64,000 nt of DNA from an uncultured delta proteobacterium (GTDB taxonomy: Bacteria; Desulfobacterota; RBG-13-43-22), in assembly GCA_963843145.1 (NCBI GenBank), contig CAWJJC010000005.1, forward strand, positions 1 to 64,000, given 5' to 3'. Each line of letters begins with the position of its first letter. Position 1 is the stretch's first letter. The translations under genes and the position numbers were made by a program. The notes under the pieces were generated by a model. The model had not been told where the DNA came from. It made no database searches and worked only from the letters and a program-made list of their open reading frames with translations. Below are positions 49,181-60,868 of this stretch, one piece after another.

Positions 49181-51538
49181 ATGCCAAATCAAAACCCGAG
49201 CCGGGATCCGGTTTGCGGGATGGATGTTTCCAGCGACACGTCATTTCGGACCCGCTATAAAAACCGCGAGTTCCTGTTCTGCTCGGCCGGCTGTCTGGAA
49301 GCCTTCAGAAACGAACCGGAAAAATATTTCGGCGCGGCGGAAGAACCGACCGACCCTAAAGCCTGCCCGTCCTGTGAAGTGCCCGGCCCCCTGCCCCTGG
49401 TTTCGGGGACCGGTACACCGACGGAATGGACCTGTCCCATGCATCCGGAAATCATCCAGGATCATCCGGGGGCCTGCCCCAAGTGCGGCATGGCGCTGGA
49501 GCCTCGGGTAGCGACCCTGGGGGAGGAGGAAAATCAGGAACTGAAGAACATGACCCGGCGGTTCTGGATCGGCCTGGCCCTGACCATTCCGGTTTTTCTG
49601 GCGGCGATGGGGCATATTATCCCGGGCCGGCCCCTGGAGAGGTTGGCCTCCCGGCCCGCCTGGGCCTGGGTGGAACTGATTTTTTCCACACCCGTGGTCC
49701 TCTGGGCCGGATGGCCGCTTTTGGTCAGGGGCTACCGCTCCCTCATCCAACGCAGCTTGAATATGTTCACCCTGATCGGATTGGGAGTATCCGTGTCCTA
49801 TCTCTATAGCCTGGTCGCCAAGCTGTTTCCCGTCCTTTTTCCTCCCTCCTTTCACGGCGAGCACGGAGAGGTGGCCGTATATTTCGAGGCGGCAGCGGTC
49901 ATTGTCACCCTGGTGCTCCTCGGTCAGGTATTGGAGTTGAAGGCCCGGGGGCAAACCAGCGCCGCCATCAAGGCCCTGCTGGGCCTGGCGCCTAAGACGG
50001 CCCGGCGCCTCCAGGAAGACGGCAACGAGGAGGATGTACCTCTGGATCAGGTTCAAGTGGGTGACCGTCTCCGGGTGCGGCCCGGGGAAAAAATTCCGGT
50101 CGACGGAATGGTCCTGGAAGGAAAAACCTCCGTCGATGAATCCATGGTGACCGGCGAACCCATCCCGGTGGAGAAGGAATCCGGCGGCCGTCTGATCGGG
50201 GCTACGATCAACGGCACCGGCGCACTGATCATGAAAGCCGAACGGGTCGGTTCCGAAACCATGTTGGCCCGGATCATCCAAATGGTATCGCGGAGGCCCA
50301 ACGCAGCCGGGCGCCCATCCAAAAACTGGCCGATCGCCTCAGCTCCTATTTCGTTCCCGGCGTAATTCTGGCCGCGATCATTACCTTTGTTGTTTGGGCG
50401 ATGGTTTGGACCCAGTCCCCCCATGGCCTATGCCTTGATCAACGCTGTGGCCGTGCTGATGATCGCCTGTCCCTGCGCCCTGGGTCTGGCCACCCCGATC
50501 TCCATCATGGTCGCCACCGGCCGGGGGGCGACCGGCGGGGTACTCTTTAGAAACGCCGAGGCCATCGAAGTAATGCGCCAGGTGGACACCCTGGTGGTTG
50601 ACAAGACCGGAACCCTGACGGAGGGAAAACCCCGATTGATTTCCGTGACGGCCGTCGAAGGTACGGAAGAGAACGACCTCCTCCGTCTGGCGGCCACCCT
50701 GGAAAAGGGGAGCGAACATCCCCTGGCCGCAGCCATCACGGAAGGTGCCGAGAAACGGGGAATCCATCTTTCGGAAGCCGGTTCCTTTGAATACCACACC
50801 GGCAAGGGGATCACCGGCCGGGTGGAAGGCCGGCTGGTGGCCCTGGGCAACCGAAAATTAATGGAGGACCTAAAAATAGACCTCAGCGATTGGGGCACCC
50901 GGGCCGAATCCCTGCGCCGGGAAGGGCAGACGGTCATGTTCGTGGCGGCCGAGGGGAAAGCGGCCGGCCTTTTGGGCGTAGCCGATCCCATCAAAGAATC
51001 CACCGCCGAAGCGCTCCAGAGCTTGCATGCCGAAGGGCTGAGGGTGGTCATGCTGACCGGGGACAGTAAAACCACCGCCGAAGCCGTGGCCGGAAAATTG
51101 AAACTCGACGAGGTCATTCCGGAGGTCCTCCCCCAGGAAAAGGCCGAAACGATTAAAAAACTTCAGGGCCAGGGTCGAATTGTGGCCATGGCCGGTGACG
51201 GGATCAATGACGCGCCGGCCCTGGCTCAGGCCCAGGTGGGAATTGCCATGGGCACGGGAACGGACGTGGCCATGGAAAGCGCCGGCGTCACCCTGGTCAA
51301 GGGTGACCTCCGGGGTATTGTCAAGGCCCGCCGCCTCAGCCGGGCGACCATGAAAAACATCAAACAAAATCTGTTCTTTGCTTTGGTTTATAATGCCGTG
51401 GGAATTCCCCTGGCCGCCGGGCTCCTTTACCCTTATTTCGGCTTGCTGCTGAGCCCCATGCTCGCGGCAGCGGCCATGAGTTTCAGTTCCGTCTCGGTCA
51501 TCAGCAACGCCTTGCGGCTGCGTTCCGTTCGTTTGTGA
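49181..51538 (+). CDS. copA: Cu(I)/Ag P1B-type ATPase with YHS and heavy-metal-binding domains (frameshifts ~50290-50400)
   Basis: [54 protein letters not shown] and M..SS ligands. Confidence 0.92.
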
Positions 51539-51592
51539 TAGGCGGGGTATCGCTAGCAATCGGGAAGTAATCTTACTTAAAAACTGCCGAAA

Positions 51593-52606
51593 ATGTCGGG
51601 CATGAATATGGATACAGAAGCCATTCAATTGAAATTGGTGGTCCCGAACAGAAAATTCAGGCACTATCCGGTGATCGGATTTCTTCTCGGGGGAATGGCC
51701 GGACTGATAGCCTTTCACCCTCTGTCCATGCTGGTCCGGGCCGCCCACGAAACCATCTATTTCGGAAAAGAGCTGGTGATCGGCCGGGCGCTGATCAGCA
51801 GTTTTCAGTTTTTCATGTGGCCCATGCTGCTGTTGAATACACTGCTGGGAATGGGCGTTGGCTTGATTTTAGGATTTATTCTCATGCGCCTCAAGCAAAA
51901 CCGCGCCCGGTTGGACCTTTTGAATCAGGAATTTCAGCTTCAGGTTGCCGCCTTGAGGCACCATTATAAAAGTCTGGTTATCGGCATCAGCGGTTTCAGC
52001 AGCCGCATCAAACAGCGGATCGAAAGGCTGGAAAAAAAATTCAGGGAGGCATCTCCCCAAGGGACGACAAATGAAGATCTGGTCATGGAAATACAAGGAT
52101 TGGCTTCCAATGTGGACATCCTCGAAAGGACTTCCCTTCGCCTGGCTTCCACCTTGCATCAGGAATTGTCTTTCTTAAAGGCCTTGTCCTCCGACTTCCA
52201 AAATCTCGAAAAGCATGACCTTCAACCCCTGCTGCTTCATTCCATCCGGGAACTGCTCGATATCCGTTACCCCGAGAAGCCCATTGAGATAGAAGTGAAC
52301 GGGCAAAGCCCAGACCACTGCTCGGGATCCTGGGTCTTTCCTTTTGAACCCTATGCGGTTGAGGTCATCCTGCAAAATATTTTGAACAATGCCCTGAAGC
52401 TCTCCGACCAAATCCGAGTGACTATCCGGGAGGAAGACCCCTGGTTCCAGGTCACTGTCCAGGATTCCGGACCGGGCCTGGATATTGGAAAGCTCCAAAA
52501 CGCCCTCATGTCCCCCCTGGAGAAAAAAGATTCCGCCAGTACCCATCTGGGTTTAAAGGTTTCTCTGCATCTGCTGGACAGGATGGGGGGAGACTCTGGG
52601 TTTTAA
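51593..52606 (+). CDS. Membrane sensor histidine-kinase-like protein (3' end frameshifted)
   Basis: Two TM helices; LRHHYK H-box-like; QNILNNALK (N box); DSGPG (G1); HLGL (G2). Confidence 0.65.
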   Translation: MSGMNMDTEAIQLKLVVPNRKFRHYPVIGFLLGGMAGLIAFHPLSMLVRAAHETIYFGKELVIGRALISSFQFFMWPMLLLNTLLGMGVGLILGFILMRLKQNRARLDLLNQEFQLQVAALRHHYKSLVIGISGFSSRIKQRIERLEKKFREASPQGTTNEDLVMEIQGLASNVDILERTSLRLASTLHQELSFLKALSSDFQNLEKHDLQPLLLHSIRELLDIRYPEKPIEIEVNGQSPDHCSGSWVFPFEPYAVEVILQNILNNALKLSDQIRVTIREEDPWFQVTVQDSGPGLDIGKLQNALMSPLEKKDSASTHLGLKVSLHLLDRMGGDSGF

Positions 52607-52683
52607 GCCAACCCGGCCGGGGGGCCTCATTCCAAATCGATTTTCCCAAAACCCCTCGTTTGGCAAAGGGATAGCCGGATAAT

Positions 52684-52855
52684 AGAATAATATTTTTACA
52701 CCTCCTTTAATACTCAATCGAATATATGGATATTTTTTATGCACTAACTGGGCTTTTCAACTCGATTATATTTCATTTTGTTAGGATAATTTACAATATT
52801 TATTATAATATTATATGGTTATCAATATATACTACATTGTGGCACACCTCTTGCT
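52684..52855 (+). promoter_or_regulatory. sigma54 promoter with tandem 17-bp upstream sites
   Basis: AGAATAATATTTTTACA (52684) and TGGATATTTTTTATGCA (52727); AT-rich spacer; TGGCAC-ACCTC-TTGCT at 52840-52855. Confidence 0.7.
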
Positions 52856-52919
52856 TATTAAATGAAATACCAGCTTTTATTTCTTATAAATTTTCTGATC
52901 GTCTGACCAGGAGGCGGAT

Positions 52920-53744
52920 ATGGATTTGATCAATAAACGAAATGGGAACGCGATCTCTCTCCAGGGCTCCGAAAAGGTAAACGGTGCTGAAAATCGAACC
53001 GCTAACGAGATGACTACCCATTTTTCCCTGGAAGGGATGACTTGTCCGGCCTGCGCGAAGAAGATTGAGCGGACGCTATCCGAACAGGCCGGGGTCAAGA
53101 ACGCGCAAGTGGACTTTTCACGGTCGTGAAAGCCCTGGTCAGCTTATAACCCGGAAGAGGTATCGGGCTGATGACTTGAAAGCGGCAGTGGAGGCAATCG
53201 GTTACCGGCTTACCTCCGGGGAGGCTGACGACCGGGAAGACACCGAAGGTTCCAATTCACCGAACACCGGAGCATACGTCCTTATCTGACCGGATTGGCG
53301 GCTGCCGGCGGTGTGGTGGGATTCTACCTGACGCTCATCACCTTGACCTCAGATTGGTACAACGCCCGGCTCGAGTTTAAAGAGTACTGGCCCTGGATTC
53401 TCGCCCTGGCGGCCGGACTGGGGCTGCAGGTCGCGTTGTTCTCCATGGCTCGGGCCTGGCAGCGCGGTCAGTCCCTGAAAACGGCTCGGTACAGCCTGGC
53501 CGCCTCCGGAGGCCTTTCAACCACAGCCATGGCGGCCTGCTGCGCCCATTACCTCGCGGCTGTCCTGCCGCTTTTGGGTCTGCCTTTTCTTTCGGCCACA
53601 GTCGCCGGTCTGGCCGAATACCAGACGTATTTTTTCTTCGTGGGTGTGCTTTCAAACCTGCTGGGTATCGGGTTCATGCTCCGAATGATGAACCGGAGCG
53701 GAATGATCGCGCTTCGCGTGTTCCGAGGCCCTGAGAACACTTAG
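52920..53744 (+). CDS. HMA (CxxC) domain fused to a membrane domain with a CCAH motif (frameshifted)
   Basis: AGGAGG RBS; GMTCPAC..IE..L..GV..AQVDF; AVEAIGY; TM region with AACCAHY. Confidence 0.7.
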
Positions 53745-53779
53745 ACAATTCCAATCCTAAAAGGAAGGAGAAAGTTATC

Positions 53780-54199
53780 ATGAAAACGTTAAAGCCTATT
53801 GAGCGGAATACCGGATTGACCCTGATTCTCTTATTGACCCTATTGGCCTGGGCAGGGGGAGCTATCGCCTACGACTCCGTCACCAACCGCGGTAACAGCG
53901 TAACCGTGGATGTGAAGCCGGTGCAACTGGCGGCCGGCCAGCCGGCGACTTTCGAGATCCGGATGAATACCCATTCCGTGGCGCTCGATCAGGACCTGGT
54001 GACCGTTTCCACGCTCCAGGACGACCAGGGGAAAACCTACCAACCGGTCAACTGGCAAGGTTCGGCACCCGGCGGGCACCATCGCCTGGGAGTGCTTTCG
54101 TTCCCGGCATTGGGCAGCGGCGTCAAATCCGTCAAGTTGATTATCAGAAAAGTCGCCGGCATCCCGGAACGGGCCTTTGAGTGGCGTATCGGGCGCTAA
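53780..54199 (+). CDS. Secreted hypothetical protein (MNTHS motif)
   Basis: AAGGAG RBS; signal peptide; MNTHSV, W.G..PGGHH; putative metal binding. Confidence 0.7.
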   Translation: MKTLKPIERNTGLTLILLLTLLAWAGGAIAYDSVTNRGNSVTVDVKPVQLAAGQPATFEIRMNTHSVALDQDLVTVSTLQDDQGKTYQPVNWQGSAPGGHHRLGVLSFPALGSGVKSVKLIIRKVAGIPERAFEWRIGR

Positions 54200-54242
54200 A
54201 GGGATACCCGGTGATTTCTGGAAAGGAACCGAAGTGATTTTT

Positions 54243-54431
54243 ATGATTATTATCTGGGTCGCGTTACTGATCGGACTTTTTCTCTTTGTCCCTTGGCTCT
54301 CGAAAGGCAGAGGAACGGACAGGGGGAACCCGCTCCTCACGGATTCCCCGCTTGACATCCTTAAGCGCCGTTACGCCCGTGGAGAGATCAACCGGGAAGA
54401 ATATTTGGAAAAACAAAAGGACCTGAACTAA
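54243..54431 (+). CDS. SHOCT-domain membrane protein
   Basis: TM helix then PLDILKRRYARGEINREEY. Confidence 0.8.
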   Translation: MIIIWVALLIGLFLFVPWLSKGRGTDRGNPLLTDSPLDILKRRYARGEINREEYLEKQKDLN

Positions 54432-54475
54432 CCGTTTTTGTTGCCGCCCATCGCAAAGAATCAAGGTGAGGTGAG

Positions 54476-54829
54476 ATGGACTTTATGATGCTTCTCATGT
54501 TTTCCCCCTTATTGGGCCTGGCCCTGTTTCTGGTATTGCCCTTCGGGGCAGCCCTTCAACTTTATATTCCGGTTTTTATCCTGGGAGGTTTCATCAATTT
54601 CAAGATGATGCGGTCGATGCATTTGCCGGTAAAAACCGGACCGCAGGAGATGATCGGAGAAGAGGCCGTGGTTCTGGAAGAGATCGATCCCGACGGCAAA
54701 GTCCGGACCCGGGGGGAAATCTGGAATGCCCGGGCCTTCGGTCACAAGTTCCAAAAAGGTGATAAAGCAAGAATTATCGGGGTTCAGGGACTGGTGTTGT
54801 TAGTGGAGGATCCGGGAAAGGGAAACTAG
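54476..54829 (+). CDS. NfeD-like OB-fold membrane protein
   Basis: TM helices then TG..EMIG..AVV..GKV..GEIWNA..G....L.V. Confidence 0.8.
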   Translation: MDFMMLLMFSPLLGLALFLVLPFGAALQLYIPVFILGGFINFKMMRSMHLPVKTGPQEMIGEEAVVLEEIDPDGKVRTRGEIWNARAFGHKFQKGDKARIIGVQGLVLLVEDPGKGN

Positions 54830-55074
54830 CCCAGGACAGGGCAAGGTCTTCTTCCCGGCCCCTACTCGATGGAGGGGGAACCCAATGTACCTGACAGCAG
54901 AAATTGGAGCATCATCGCCAAGGAAAGGTCCGAGAGACCCCCATTAGCAGAAAGGAGGGGATAGCCTCTAAAACCCCTTAACCGCCACTTTTCACCTTGA
55001 CCGCTTTTCCATTCTATTTATAATATTCCATATAAAAATTCTAAAAAAATATACGCAAACCAGAGGTAAAGAAA

Positions 55075-56112
55075 ATGAATGATAAAATGAAATCTTTAGG
55101 GGCCTTCATCGTAACGGGAATGGTTCTTGTTCTTGCGTTTTTCGTTTTTATCAATGGGGGGAAAGCCGCGGAAGCTAAGCCGGGCGATCAGACCAAGACA
55201 AAATCCCCTAACCCAACCACCGGTTCTACTTTCGTCGTGACTCCCGTTCATGGACCTAGCTGGATCAGACACCTCGGACTTTTCGATATCCGCTATACGG
55301 CTATGGGACAACAGGGAGGTTCTCAACCCGCCCCTAAATCCTCACGGATTGAACCGGGATTCCAGATTGAAGTTCCACCACCGCGCGGCCGCAGGGGCAT
55401 GGGTATGATGATGGGACGCATTTATTCCAACTATCAAACCAGTCCGGAGCAAGTGGCCAAACTTATGGATGAGAAATTTTTTCTTACCGGAACGGACCTT
55501 TACCGTCTGGATTGTCAGTCCTGCCACGGTCCGAAAGGGGAAGGGGCTTTGCCGGAGATCAAATCACTCATCGGTCCGGTCAAAGGATCTTCACCTGCGC
55601 TGGTCGAGGAACGGATGAAGAAAATGGGCAGGCCCATCGGGAAGGAGCTGGCCAAGGAATTGGCCTCGCAAGCCGAGGCCAGCATCCGTCAACGGCTTCA
55701 GGAGGGCGGCAAAAAAATGCCCCCGTTCAAACATCTGGACCAAGAAGAAGTGGGCGCCTTGCTCCAATACCTGCAAGAGCACTTTGGTGAATTAAAGTCT
55801 AACCAAAAAGAAATTCTGGTCACCCAGTCCGTGGCCCGCGTGGGCCAGCATCTGGTTCAGGGGACCTGCCAAATCTGTCATGATGCCACAGGTCCGGGAA
55901 GAAGCCGTATGGGGATGATGCAGGGGAATATTCCCTCCCTGGCCAGCTTTCCCTATGAACAGTCGATACAAAGCGTGATCCGACAGGTTGAACTGGGAAC
56001 TATGCGCATGATGATGATGATGGGCGGCCAGAAAATGCCCGCCTTTCCGTATATCACCGAAGACGAAGCCGCGGCAGCCTACTTGTATTTGGTGAGGTAC
56101 CCGCCGGAATAA
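55075..56112 (+). CDS. Diheme c-type cytochrome
   Basis: N-terminal anchor; CQSCH and CQICH; KMPPF and KMPAF Met ligands; TTGACC-16-TATAAT upstream. Confidence 0.85.
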   Translation: MNDKMKSLGAFIVTGMVLVLAFFVFINGGKAAEAKPGDQTKTKSPNPTTGSTFVVTPVHGPSWIRHLGLFDIRYTAMGQQGGSQPAPKSSRIEPGFQIEVPPPRGRRGMGMMMGRIYSNYQTSPEQVAKLMDEKFFLTGTDLYRLDCQSCHGPKGEGALPEIKSLIGPVKGSSPALVEERMKKMGRPIGKELAKELASQAEASIRQRLQEGGKKMPPFKHLDQEEVGALLQYLQEHFGELKSNQKEILVTQSVARVGQHLVQGTCQICHDATGPGRSRMGMMQGNIPSLASFPYEQSIQSVIRQVELGTMRMMMMMGGQKMPAFPYITEDEAAAAYLYLVRYPPE

Positions 56113-56350
56113 CGGGCATAATCCAGCAGTTATCCCGCCCCCCTGGGAACGGTACCAAGGCGTTGTTTGTTTTCAGGTTATTCTCCAAGATAGTTGAAAG
56201 CAACGGGGGGGGGGGATATCGATCTTTAATCCTTGACCCCTTCGACCTGTCAACTCTTTCCAGATAAACCAAAGAGGTATACTGCAAGAGCCAAGCAAGA
56301 GAAACATAGGAGCATGGGCAGATCAAAAAACAAGGCCGTAGCAAAAATAA

Positions 56351-59300
56351 TTATTTGCCTTTGAACTCCCTCCCCTTCCAGATCATATAAATGGTGGGGT
56401 AAAGGACCAGTTCCAGAATAAGAGAGCTGACCACCCCGCCGACCATAGGGGCGGCGATCCGTTTCATGACATCGGAGCCGGCCCCTTGGCTGAACAAGAT
56501 GGGAATCAATCCGGCTAGGATGACGCTGACCGTCATCACCTTGGGACGAATCCGTTTGACTGCCCCGTAGAGGATGGCCTCCTTCAAAGCCGGAAGCCCT
56601 GAGAGCCGGCCTTCTTGCTTCCACTTTTCATAGGCCAATTCCAGGTAAAGGAGCATGACCACCCCGGTTTCGGCATCCAGACCGGCCAAGGCAATGATCC
56701 CCACCCAGACGGCAATACTCAGATTGTAATTGAGGAAATAGAGCAGCCAGAAGGAACCGACCAGGGAGAAAGGAACGGCCAGCAAAACAATCATGGTTTT
56801 AGTCACCGACCGGGTATTCAAGAAAATCAGGACGAAAATAATCAACAGGGTCAGCGGTATGACCAGCTTGAGCCGCTCCTCGGTCTGGACCAGATATTCA
56901 TATTCACCACTCCAACCAGGCGGTATCCGTCGGGGATCTTCAGGGAGGCCACCATTTCTTGGCCTCCTGCACATAGCCGCCCACATCCCGGCCGCTGAAG
57001 TCCACGTAGACATCAGCGGTCAAGTCCATCATCGCTCTTGATGGCCTTGCGACATTGGACGAAGCGGATCTCCGCCACATGACCCAGAGGGATCTGGCCT
57101 TTACTCCGACCTCCACCGGTCCCCTTCCGCCTCCCGCAGAGGCGGCCGCGGGTCGATCTGCGGGATCGGAATCAGCACCCGATTCAAATGGTCCAGGCTG
57201 TCGCGCAGTTCCCGGGGATAACGTATATTGACCGGATAGCGTTCCCGTCCCTCCACGGTGGTGGTAACATTCATCCCGCCGATGGCCGTTTCGACGACTT
57301 CCTGAATATCCTCCACATTCAATCCGTAGCGGGCCGCTTCCTGCCGGTTGATCGACCACATCCAGAAAATAACCGGTGGTCACCCGTTCGGCATAGACGC
57401 TGCGGGTGCCGGGCACTTCCTTCACCTTTTTCTCGATCTCCAAACCGATTCGCTCCAGCTCCTCGATCTCGGGGGCCCAGGATCTTGATCCCCACCGGGG
57501 TACGGATCCCGGTGGCCAGCATATCGATGCGGGCTTTGATGGGCATAGTAAAGGAATTAGATACCCCGGGAATGGTCAACAGGTCATTCATCTCGTCTTT
57601 CAGTTTTTCCACGGTCATCCCCGGCCGCCACTTCAGCTTTCGGTTTGAGGTTGATGACCGTTTCAAACATCTCCAGCGGGGCCGGGTCGGTGGCGGTCTC
57701 CGCCCGCCCGGCCTTGCCGAAAACCTGAGCCACTTCCGGGATGCTTTTCAGCAGCTGGTCCTGTAAACGGAGCAAATCGGAAACTACCGAAACTGAGGCC
57801 GCCGGCACGGTCACCGGCATGTAAAAGAGGGTCCCCTCATAGAGGGGCGGCATGAACTCCGTGCCGAACTTTTTAAAGGGGTAATAGGTCAGCACAAGGA
57901 TGATCAGCCCTAAAACGAGGACCGTCTTTCGGAACCGCAGCGCCAGATGGACCACCGGCTCATAGAGTTTGTGGAGCAGCGAACTGATGGGGTTTTTTTC
58001 CTCGGGGCGGATTTTACCCCGGATGAACAACGTCATCAAGACCGGGGTGAGCGTCACGGCCAGGAAGGAGGCGAAGAGCATGGCAAAGGTCTTGGTATAG
58101 GCCAGGGGCTTGAAGAGCCGGCCGGCCTGGGACTGGAGGGTAAAAACCGGCAGAAAGCCGACGGTGATGACCAGGAGCGAGAAAAAAAGGGAAGGCCCCA
58201 CTTCTTGGGCGGCCTCAATGATGACATCCTCCAGGGCGAGGATTCGGACGACCGCTGCGGCCTTCCCACTCTTCCAGTTTTTTGTGGGCGTTTTCCACCA
58301 TGATAATCGAGGCATCCACCATGCGCCGATGGCAATGGCGATGCCGCTCAAACTCATGATGTTGGAGGTTACCTGGAGATAGTACATGAGGATGAAGGAT
58401 ATAATGATGGCCAATGGGAGGGTCAGGATGACCACCAGGGCGCTGGGCAGATGGAACAAAAAGATAATGCAGACCGCACTGACGGCGATGGAAAGTTTGA
58501 GGATCTCATCTTTCAAGGTAGCTATGGAGCGATGGATCAGATCGGACCGGTCGTAGGTGGTGACGATCTTGACCCCTTGGGGCAGGCTGGGTTCGATGTC
58601 TTTCTTGATTTTTTCTTTAACCCGGTCGATTACGTTCAGGACATTTTCCCCAAAGCGGACAACGACGATCCCGCCGGCCACCTCTCCCCGGCCATCCAGG
58701 TCGGCAAGGCCTCGGCGGATCTCCGGCCCCAATTGGATCCGGGCCACATCCTTCAGATAGATCGGTGTCCCGGCCCCATTGGTCCCCACGGCGACGATCT
58801 CCAGATCCTCCAGGCTCTTGAGATAGCCCCGGCCCCGAACCATGTATTCCACACCGGAGAAATCGATGACCCGCCCTTCCACATCCAGGTTGCTCCGGCG
58901 TACGGCCGTTATGACCTGGTTGAAAGGGATGCCGTAAGCGCTCAAGCGGTTGGGATCCACTGTAATCTGGTATTGTTTCACGAAGCCGCCGAGGCTGGCC
59001 ACCTGGGCAACTCCGGGGACGCTTTCCAGGGCCAGCTTAAGGTTCCAGTCCTGCAAAGAGCGCAACTGGGCCTGGTCCAGTTTATTTCCCGTATCCACCA
59101 CGGCATAAGAAAAACCCCAACCCAAACTGGTGGCATCGGGGCCGAGGATCGGGTTGACATTGGCGGGCAGCTTGTTTTTCACTGCCTGGAGGTATTCCAG
59201 GATACGGCTCCGGGCCCAGTAGATATCCGTCCCGTCTTCGAAGATCACATAGATGAAGGAACTTCCCAGGTAGGAAAAACCGCGGACGGCCCGGACTTTG

Positions 59301-59530
59301 GGGGCGGCCAGCAAAGTCGAGGTGATCGGATAGGTGACCTGGTCCTCCACCAGGTCCGGACTTCGGCCCACCCATTCCGTGAAAATAATGACCTGGGTAT
59401 CGCTTAAATCGGGGATGGCATCCAGCGGGGTTTGGGTCATGGCCCAATAGCCCCAGATCCCCGCAAAGAAGACTAAGAGGACGACGATGAATTTGTTGCG
59501 GGCGCTGGCTTCAATGATTTTGGCAATCAT
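56351..59530 (-). CDS. cusA: CusA/SilA heavy-metal RND permease (several frameshifts)
   Basis: [76 protein letters not shown]. Confidence 0.92.
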
Positions 59531-59608
59531 ACTTATTCCGTCAGGCGTCAGAAGCAAGGAGTGAGGAGTAAAAAGAACAGGGACCCGATTCCAAGGGAAG
59601 GGCTCTCT

Positions 59609-60868
59609 TTAGTGTCAGAGCTCCCTTCGGTTGTGGGGGATCGTTAGGGTTTGCTGGGAGCGATCCCCTTCAGATTCGCTTCGGAACAATCCGGAAATTG
59701 CGAAGGCGGCAGACTTGTTCCCCGGGCTGCAACCCTTTGAGGATCTCGAACCATTGTACGGCGCGGAGACCGGAACGGTAACCTTCAGCGGTTCGGAAGT
59801 TGCCTTCTCCCTTATCGACATAGACGATCTGCCGCGTCCCCGTGTCGATCACCGCATCCCCCGGAACCGACAATCGCCGGCCCAAATTGATTTTCAACTC
59901 CACCTGGCCGAACATCTGCGGCTTCAGGATTCCCTGGGGATTGGGCAGGGTGAACCGCGCCTTGGCGGTGCGGGCCTCCGCGGACATAGTGGGATAAATA
60001 AAATCAATGACCGCCGAAAATTCCCGGCCGGGGAAGTAACTCAAACGGATCTGGGCCTGCTCACCGACCTTGATTAAGGGGAGTTCGCTCTCATAAATAT
60101 CCGCCACCACCCAGACCGAGGATAGATCAACCACCTCAAACAACTTCTCCCCCGGCATGACCTTCATTCCCTGGACGGCCATTTTTTGCATAATCTGGCC
60201 GCTGACCGGGCTATAGAGGGTCAGGGCTCTGATCGGCTGGCCGGTCTCTTCGATCCGCCGGATCTGGGCCTCGGAGATGTCCCAGAGACGGAGCCGTTGT
60301 CGGGCCGCCCCCAGGATAGCCTCGGCGTCCTGGCCCAGAAGATCCCCGAATTCTCCTCCTTTAAGGGACTTCTTCCAGCGCAATACATTCAGAAATTCCT
60401 GCTGGGTGGCCAGCAACTCGGGGCTGTAGATCTCCGCGACCGGCTGACCCTGTTTGACCGTTTCCCCGGTGGCATTGATATAGAGTTTTTCAATCCAGCC
60501 TTCCACCTTGGTATTGATGTAGGCCTGTCTACGCTCATCGCTTTCAATCCGGACCCACGGTGCGAATGGTTTTGGTCAGGGACGCAGCCCCACGGCGGCG
60601 CTTTTCAGCCCGATGAGTTTTTGTTTATCCAGTGGGATCTCCACAGTGGGGGCCGGCGGCGAGGCCGGTTCCGGTTTAGCCGCCTGGGGGGTGGGCGGGG
60701 GCTGGCCCTTTCCCGCCGCGGGCGAATGCTGGTGGCCCTGGGCCCAGACGGCTTTTAGACCGAGAAGGCCATTATGATCAGGTGAAGCACGCCCCTCCCA
60801 CCTATGGCTGAGATCGAAGGCCACCGGCGAAGAATTGATCCAGAGAGGGAGGATTTACTTTTTCTCAT
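59609..60868 (-). CDS. cusB: CusB-like RND periplasmic adaptor (frameshifted)
   Basis: EGWIEKL..G..V..GQP..EIYSPEL..TQQE; DLSSVWV.ADIYE; IYPT; LKP.MF. Confidence 0.85.
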
